From the NCBI GenBank assembly GCA_011364985.1, contig RDOC01000001.1:128001-192000 (forward strand): 64,000 nt of DNA. Reading direction: 5' to 3'. This stretch comes from Candidatus Thorarchaeota archaeon. Its GTDB lineage: Archaea; Asgardarchaeota; Thorarchaeia; Thorarchaeales; Thorarchaeaceae. Position numbers and translations under genes: made by a program. Positions 59,511 to 64,000 of the stretch are shown one piece after another. The notes under the pieces are model-generated. The model did not search any database and had not been told where the DNA came from. It saw only the letters and a list, made by a program, of their open reading frames with translations. Each line of letters begins with the position of its first letter. The first letter of the stretch is position 1.

Positions 59511-60911
59511 CTAAAGCGAGAAGGATGAAACCTCCTCCCGGTAGATAGACATTACCTCCTTTTTCAGGTCTTTTGGAACCGAGATTGGCTCATAGACTCG
59601 TACGAATTTCTTGAAGAGCTCATCCTCACGCTCTAAGGCTTCTTCGTAAATCTTACTCGCCCTGAATTCTTCGATTAGTCCACCCTTTGCGCCCCGCTTT
59701 GATGCACATAGGAAGGCAAAGAGCTGTTCGTCGCGCGCCATCGCCGTATTCGCATAGGTGAAGCTTGACTTTCCCCCAAAAAGCGTGAAGAGATGTCTCT
59801 TGTCCGAGGTGAGCATATTCTCCTTCAATCCAATTGCAGCTGGATCAATTCCGGAACCAACAATGAGGAGGTACATCTTGGCACAGATTGTGCAGTCATG
59901 ACACCAATGATAGTCCTTACCTGACTCCTTCTCAGTGAAACAACTCATTTGGTACTTGGAATAATTCGGATATCTATGAGCCAATGTCCTTTGCACCATC
60001 ATGTCCATGAGTGGTTCAATGAGGCTGCCAGTTCTTATTGATCCCCCTGAGAACATCTGAGAAATCTGATCTATATGGACTGTCCAAGCATGCGATTGGT
60101 CATAGCAGGGATAGACAATCCACTTGTTTTCGGCGTCCATATAGGTTGCAGAGGCGGACTGCTCATTGCCAAAGAGAATGTACTTTGCATTGTGAGCATA
60201 CGCGAATGGGATAAGTTCCAATGCGTACTCGGTAGTCTGAAGACCCCATCCAAGCTCAGAGAATGGTAAACCAAGATGGTTGTAATCTCTTAAACGCCCA
60301 GTATCATGATGAAGAACAAGGAGCTCCGTTCCGAACTCCTCCTTGAATCGATGTCCAAGGGCCTTCTTGTGTTTTTCCTCATATGTCATGCTTTCTTCAA
60401 CAATGTACACTGGTAGAGGGTCAAGGCCAATCTCATTTGCGACAGCAAAGGTCAAGAGACTGTCCTTTCCAAAGCTTAGCCCCACAATCGCACGGCTTGC
60501 CGAATCAACTGGGATAGAGGAGGGCAGAGCTATTTCCGGTTGTCTAAACTCATACTCTGTGTTGAAGAACTGACGCACCACTTCTGCTGTATCAGTTCCA
60601 TCCACTTCAGTGCAGGAAGGAATGTCCTTTAGGAAGTTCTGAGTGAAGTATGTTTCAAGCAAGGGACGACCAGAATGATAGACTGCGCGACTCTCACCAA
60701 AGATCAGAGGGAGATGCATTGTTACAGCCAAGGCGAGGTTGTCACGCAAGGCAATCTTGCTTTCGTCAGGAGTTGAAGCCCATACCTCAGGAGAGTATCC
60801 AATGGCGTAGGTTTCGCCCCTGAAGTAGATAACAATACCATTCTCTGTAACTCTCGAATCAAACTCCAATTTGAGCGACCACTGAACAGATTCTCCAATT
60901 GCGTATAACAA
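59511..60911 (-). CDS. PP-loop ATPase resembling MurL-type peptide epimerases
   Basis: VGLSFGKDSL, FGNEQSA, NH/DQS-like YDQSH, SC, WCHDCTICAK. Confidence 0.55.
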   Translation of the reverse strand: MLYAIGESVQWSLKLEFDSRVTENGIVIYFRGETYAIGYSPEVWASTPDESKIALRDNLALAVTMHLPLIFGESRAVYHSGRPLLETYFTQNFLKDIPSCTEVDGTDTAEVVRQFFNTEYEFRQPEIALPSSIPVDSASRAIVGLSFGKDSLLTFAVANEIGLDPLPVYIVEESMTYEEKHKKALGHRFKEEFGTELLVLHHDTGRLRDYNHLGLPFSELGWGLQTTEYALELIPFAYAHNAKYILFGNEQSASATYMDAENKWIVYPCYDQSHAWTVHIDQISQMFSGGSIRTGSLIEPLMDMMVQRTLAHRYPNYSKYQMSCFTEKESGKDYHWCHDCTICAKMYLLIVGSGIDPAAIGLKENMLTSDKRHLFTLFGGKSSFTYANTAMARDEQLFAFLCASKRGAKGGLIEEFRASKIYEEALEREDELFKKFVRVYEPISVPKDLKKEVMSIYREEVSSFSL

Positions 60912-60969
60912 TTACTGAAGTGCCAAGGAACCAAACAAGAAATAAACAGAATGTGATGCATACGAGTTC

Positions 60970-61989
60970 ATGTCCAAACCATTTAGAGTTGTACAGGTTG
61001 GCCTTGGTAGTATAGGCCTGCCAATTGCCAAGGCAATTCTCAACCGAGGGAATTTGAGCCTTGTAGGAACTATGGATGCCAATCCTGAACTTATCGGAAA
61101 GAAACTGTCCCAGATTCTAAGGGAAGACAGTAATACGCGCCTGACCATAAGCGGAGTGTTAGAGGAGGTAATAGGTGCTTCTGCAGATGTCGCAATAATT
61201 GCAACATCATCCTCCTTGAAGACTGTAAAACAGACGATCATGAAGGCACTGGATGCAGGACTCCATGTTGTGTCAATCTGCGAGGAACTCTCGTATCCCT
61301 ACAAGCGGCATGCAAGGATTGCTAAAGAGATCGACCATGCAGCAAGAGATGTGGGGCGATCCGTTCTAGGAACAGGGATCAATCCGGGATACCTGATGGA
61401 TATTCTCCCAATACTCCTGACTGCACCGTGCCTGACACTTGAAGCGCTGTATGTCACACGTTGCGTTAATTCAAGCAGACGACGAATGTCGTTTCAGAAG
61501 AAGATCGGAACGGGAATGAAGAAGAAGGATTTCTCCAATGCAATCAGTAGCGGAGTGATTACAGGTCATGTGGGGCTGGAGGAGTCCATTTGCATGATTG
61601 ATGACACACTGAAATTGGGCTTGGACAACGTTGAAGAGCTACCTCCCAAACCCGTTATCGCGGACTCAGAAGTAGTAACTCCACTTGCGACGATCAGCCC
61701 TGGAGATGTCCTTGGTCTGCGAAGCAGGGCTGTAGGAAAGAGGGAGGACACCACCGTGGTGACTCTTGATTTCATAGCCTATGCAGATGCGGACCCCGAA
61801 TATGATGAAGTCGTTGTCGAGGGATTTCCAAGGATTCAACAGAGGATAGAAGGAGGCGTAATGGGAGACCATGGCACGATTGCAATGGCGATAAACGCCA
61901 TACCTCTTGTTGTACATGCACATCCAGGACTCTTGACAATGAAGGACCTTCCAAGCCCAAGGAACACCCAATTCTATTTCAGAGGATGA
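60970..61989 (+). CDS. 2,4-diaminopentanoate dehydrogenase-like (Ord/DapB-N) oxidoreductase
   Basis: VGLGSIG, VVSICEEL.YP, LGTGINPGYLMD, GHVGLEESI, GGVMGD..T.A..INAIP. Confidence 0.85.
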   Translation: MSKPFRVVQVGLGSIGLPIAKAILNRGNLSLVGTMDANPELIGKKLSQILREDSNTRLTISGVLEEVIGASADVAIIATSSSLKTVKQTIMKALDAGLHVVSICEELSYPYKRHARIAKEIDHAARDVGRSVLGTGINPGYLMDILPILLTAPCLTLEALYVTRCVNSSRRRMSFQKKIGTGMKKKDFSNAISSGVITGHVGLEESICMIDDTLKLGLDNVEELPPKPVIADSEVVTPLATISPGDVLGLRSRAVGKREDTTVVTLDFIAYADADPEYDEVVVEGFPRIQQRIEGGVMGDHGTIAMAINAIPLVVHAHPGLLTMKDLPSPRNTQFYFRG

Positions 61990-62031
61990 TGAAATCACAA
62001 ACACAGCTGCAATGATACATGAGGTGATCTC

Positions 62032-63336
62032 TTGTTAGAGGATTACAAAAAACGTACGCCCAAATCGGAGAAGCTTTGGTTTCGTGCAAACAAGGTCTTC
62101 GCAGGAGGCGTTAATCACAATATTAGGAACTTCGGGATGCTATCTGCTGGAGCTTATCCCCCTTATATCAAGAGTGGAAAGGGAAGCAGGATATGGGATG
62201 TTGATGGAAATGAGTACATCGATTGGTGGATGACTCACTATTCAGATATCTTGGGTCACTGCCACCGTTCCATTGTAAGCGCTCTTCGAGCCCAATTGGA
62301 AGAATGTATCCATATCGGCGCTTTGAATGAGCACCAAGTGAAGTTTGCCGAAGAGCTTCAAGAGGCAATTCCATTCCTCCAAAAGATGAGATTCTGCACG
62401 ACAGGAAGCGAGGCTACAATGTATGGCACCAGACTAGCAAGATTGTTCACAGGCAGAAAACTTGTCGCCAAAGCTCGTGGCGGCTGGCATGGAGGAAATG
62501 ATGCCGTTGGATTCCATGTAAGTCATCCCTATGACGACGAACCTTACTATAACGGGCTTTCCTTCGATTTCAATGATGCAGAAAGTGTGACTTCGTTACT
62601 TAAACAGCATGGAAAAGAAATAGCAGCGATTATCGTTGAACCCGTTATGGGAGCAGCTGGAGGGATACCTCCAACCGATGGATTTCTTTCCTTCTTGAGA
62701 GAAGAGACTGAGAAACGAGATATTCTACTGATTTTCGATGAGATCATAACTGGATTCAGATTGTCATACGGGTCAGCTGGCTCCAACATCTTTGGCGTCG
62801 AACCAGACCTTCTAACGCTTGGTAAGATAGTGGCGGGGGGTATGCCATTTGGGCTGTACGGAGGGCGAGAAGATATCATGGGGCTAGCAGCTCCGGGAGC
62901 AAAAGGTGGACGATGGGTAGGCGGAGGAACCTTCTCCAGCCATCCACTCTCGATGACAGCAGGCTTGGCCACTCTTGCAGAACTCAAGAATCGTACAAGC
63001 CAATACACCCAGCTCTCTCAGAAAGGAAACAGATTCAAACAGAAACTGAACGAAGCATTTGACAATGTTGGCTCGAACAATCTTGCAACTGGATTTGGAT
63101 CCATTCTCTTCATCAGCTGCCTCTCCAAGCGAATAGACGAGCCGCTCACTGGAACCAAAGTTGGTGACGTTTTTGACCACCAGAAACAGGACCTGTTCCA
63201 AGCCTATCTAATGGAGATGGGCATCTTTGGATACCATGGTCTAGGAGCAATGTCTTTCGTTCATAGTGATGAGGACTTGGATAAGACTCTGCTATGCGCG
63301 GAGAATGCAGCATCGAAGCTTCTTGGCAACGAGTAA
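62032..63336 (+). CDS. Class III aminotransferase (GSA aminomutase-like)
   Basis: WDVDGNEYID, TGSEAT, GGWHG, IVEP, LIFDEIITGFR, TLGKIVAGG.P, GGTFS. Confidence 0.92.
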   Translation: MLEDYKKRTPKSEKLWFRANKVFAGGVNHNIRNFGMLSAGAYPPYIKSGKGSRIWDVDGNEYIDWWMTHYSDILGHCHRSIVSALRAQLEECIHIGALNEHQVKFAEELQEAIPFLQKMRFCTTGSEATMYGTRLARLFTGRKLVAKARGGWHGGNDAVGFHVSHPYDDEPYYNGLSFDFNDAESVTSLLKQHGKEIAAIIVEPVMGAAGGIPPTDGFLSFLREETEKRDILLIFDEIITGFRLSYGSAGSNIFGVEPDLLTLGKIVAGGMPFGLYGGREDIMGLAAPGAKGGRWVGGGTFSSHPLSMTAGLATLAELKNRTSQYTQLSQKGNRFKQKLNEAFDNVGSNNLATGFGSILFISCLSKRIDEPLTGTKVGDVFDHQKQDLFQAYLMEMGIFGYHGLGAMSFVHSDEDLDKTLLCAENAASKLLGNE

Positions 63337-63350
63337 TGGCGGGCTTTTGC

Positions 63351-63956
63351 TCATTTCCTGAGGGCCATACGTACAAAGAATGTCAATCCACTGGTTACCT
63401 GTTCAATGGCCTCGAATCCATGTTTCTGAGCTTCAACTATAAACGAATCCATGTTTTGGTCTCGTATAGCTGCACCGTAGCCGGTTGTTCTTCTTCTCCC
63501 ATCAGGAAAGACTACAGTCAGTGGCACTAAGAAGTACTTCTTCTCTTCTATGTCGGAAGGCAGCTCCACATTGACATCCCAAATGAGTAGCTCGCCGCCG
63601 GGTTTGAGAACACGTGATATCTCCCCAAAGACGGAAGATAGGTCGTCAAGGGGAATATACATGAGGGTGAAAAAGAGAGTTGCAGTCCCAAAGGAATTCT
63701 CAAGGAAATTCAACTGACGGGCATCCATCACAAGTTTCAAAGCTTCGTTCCTCGTGTCTAAGAGCTCATCGCTCACGCGATCAATGGCCACTACTTGACG
63801 GCCTTCGAGGCTGCCAATGATGCCCTCGCCACCTCCTCCTATGTCAAGAATCCACTCTTCGTCATGATGAATTCCACAAAGATTGACCTCCTGATGGGGA
63901 AGCTCATGCACTTCCGATAGATCAATTTCGGGATGATGATTGGACATTTCAAGCAA
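63351..63956 (-). CDS. Class I SAM-dependent methyltransferase
   Basis: ILDIGGGGEG, MDARQLNF, RVLKPGG. Confidence 0.9.
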   Translation of the reverse strand: MLEMSNHHPEIDLSEVHELPHQEVNLCGIHHDEEWILDIGGGGEGIIGSLEGRQVVAIDRVSDELLDTRNEALKLVMDARQLNFLENSFGTATLFFTLMYIPLDDLSSVFGEISRVLKPGGELLIWDVNVELPSDIEEKKYFLVPLTVVFPDGRRRTTGYGAAIRDQNMDSFIVEAQKHGFEAIEQVTSGLTFFVRMALRK

Positions 63957-64000
63957 GGAAAGTCATTACATACATTCAAAATATGTTTTCTGGATGAGAG

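Noticed and set aside
62032-63336. Calling the aminotransferase hemL
   Set aside because: Several GSA-specific motifs are diverged and no other hem genes are adjacent
670-63530. Numerous short antisense or overlapping ORFs in the track
   Set aside because: Shadow frames of well-supported genes with no independent motifs

Overview
Window from an archaeal genome, most likely an Asgard archaeon (Thorarchaeia-like), inferred from gelsolin-like, two longin-like and Vps62-like proteins among archaeal-type metabolic genes. Left to right: a two-component signalling cluster (four histidine kinases, two receiver proteins, a longin/winged-helix protein); porA-porB; a NifS-SelD fusion with an atypical CDF protein; a decayed island-like segment with a possible tRNA 3'-end remnant; galT-galK-GH38; nadB; a 15 kb five-gene operon (ABC permease, two ABC ATPases, a degenerate S8/GIFT-like membrane protein, and a ~2260-aa beta-propeller/TSP3-repeat surface protein); and an amino-acid ligase/epimerase-like cluster. 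Top finding: porA is interrupted right after its conserved YPITPQ motif by a 32-nt insert (10556-10587) that folds into a bulge-helix-bulge. Canonical tRNA-splicing-endonuclease cleavage would restore the frame exactly (PQ|TII), so this is a candidate BHB intron in a central-metabolism mRNA. All family assignments come from motif recognition by eye; no database searches were run.
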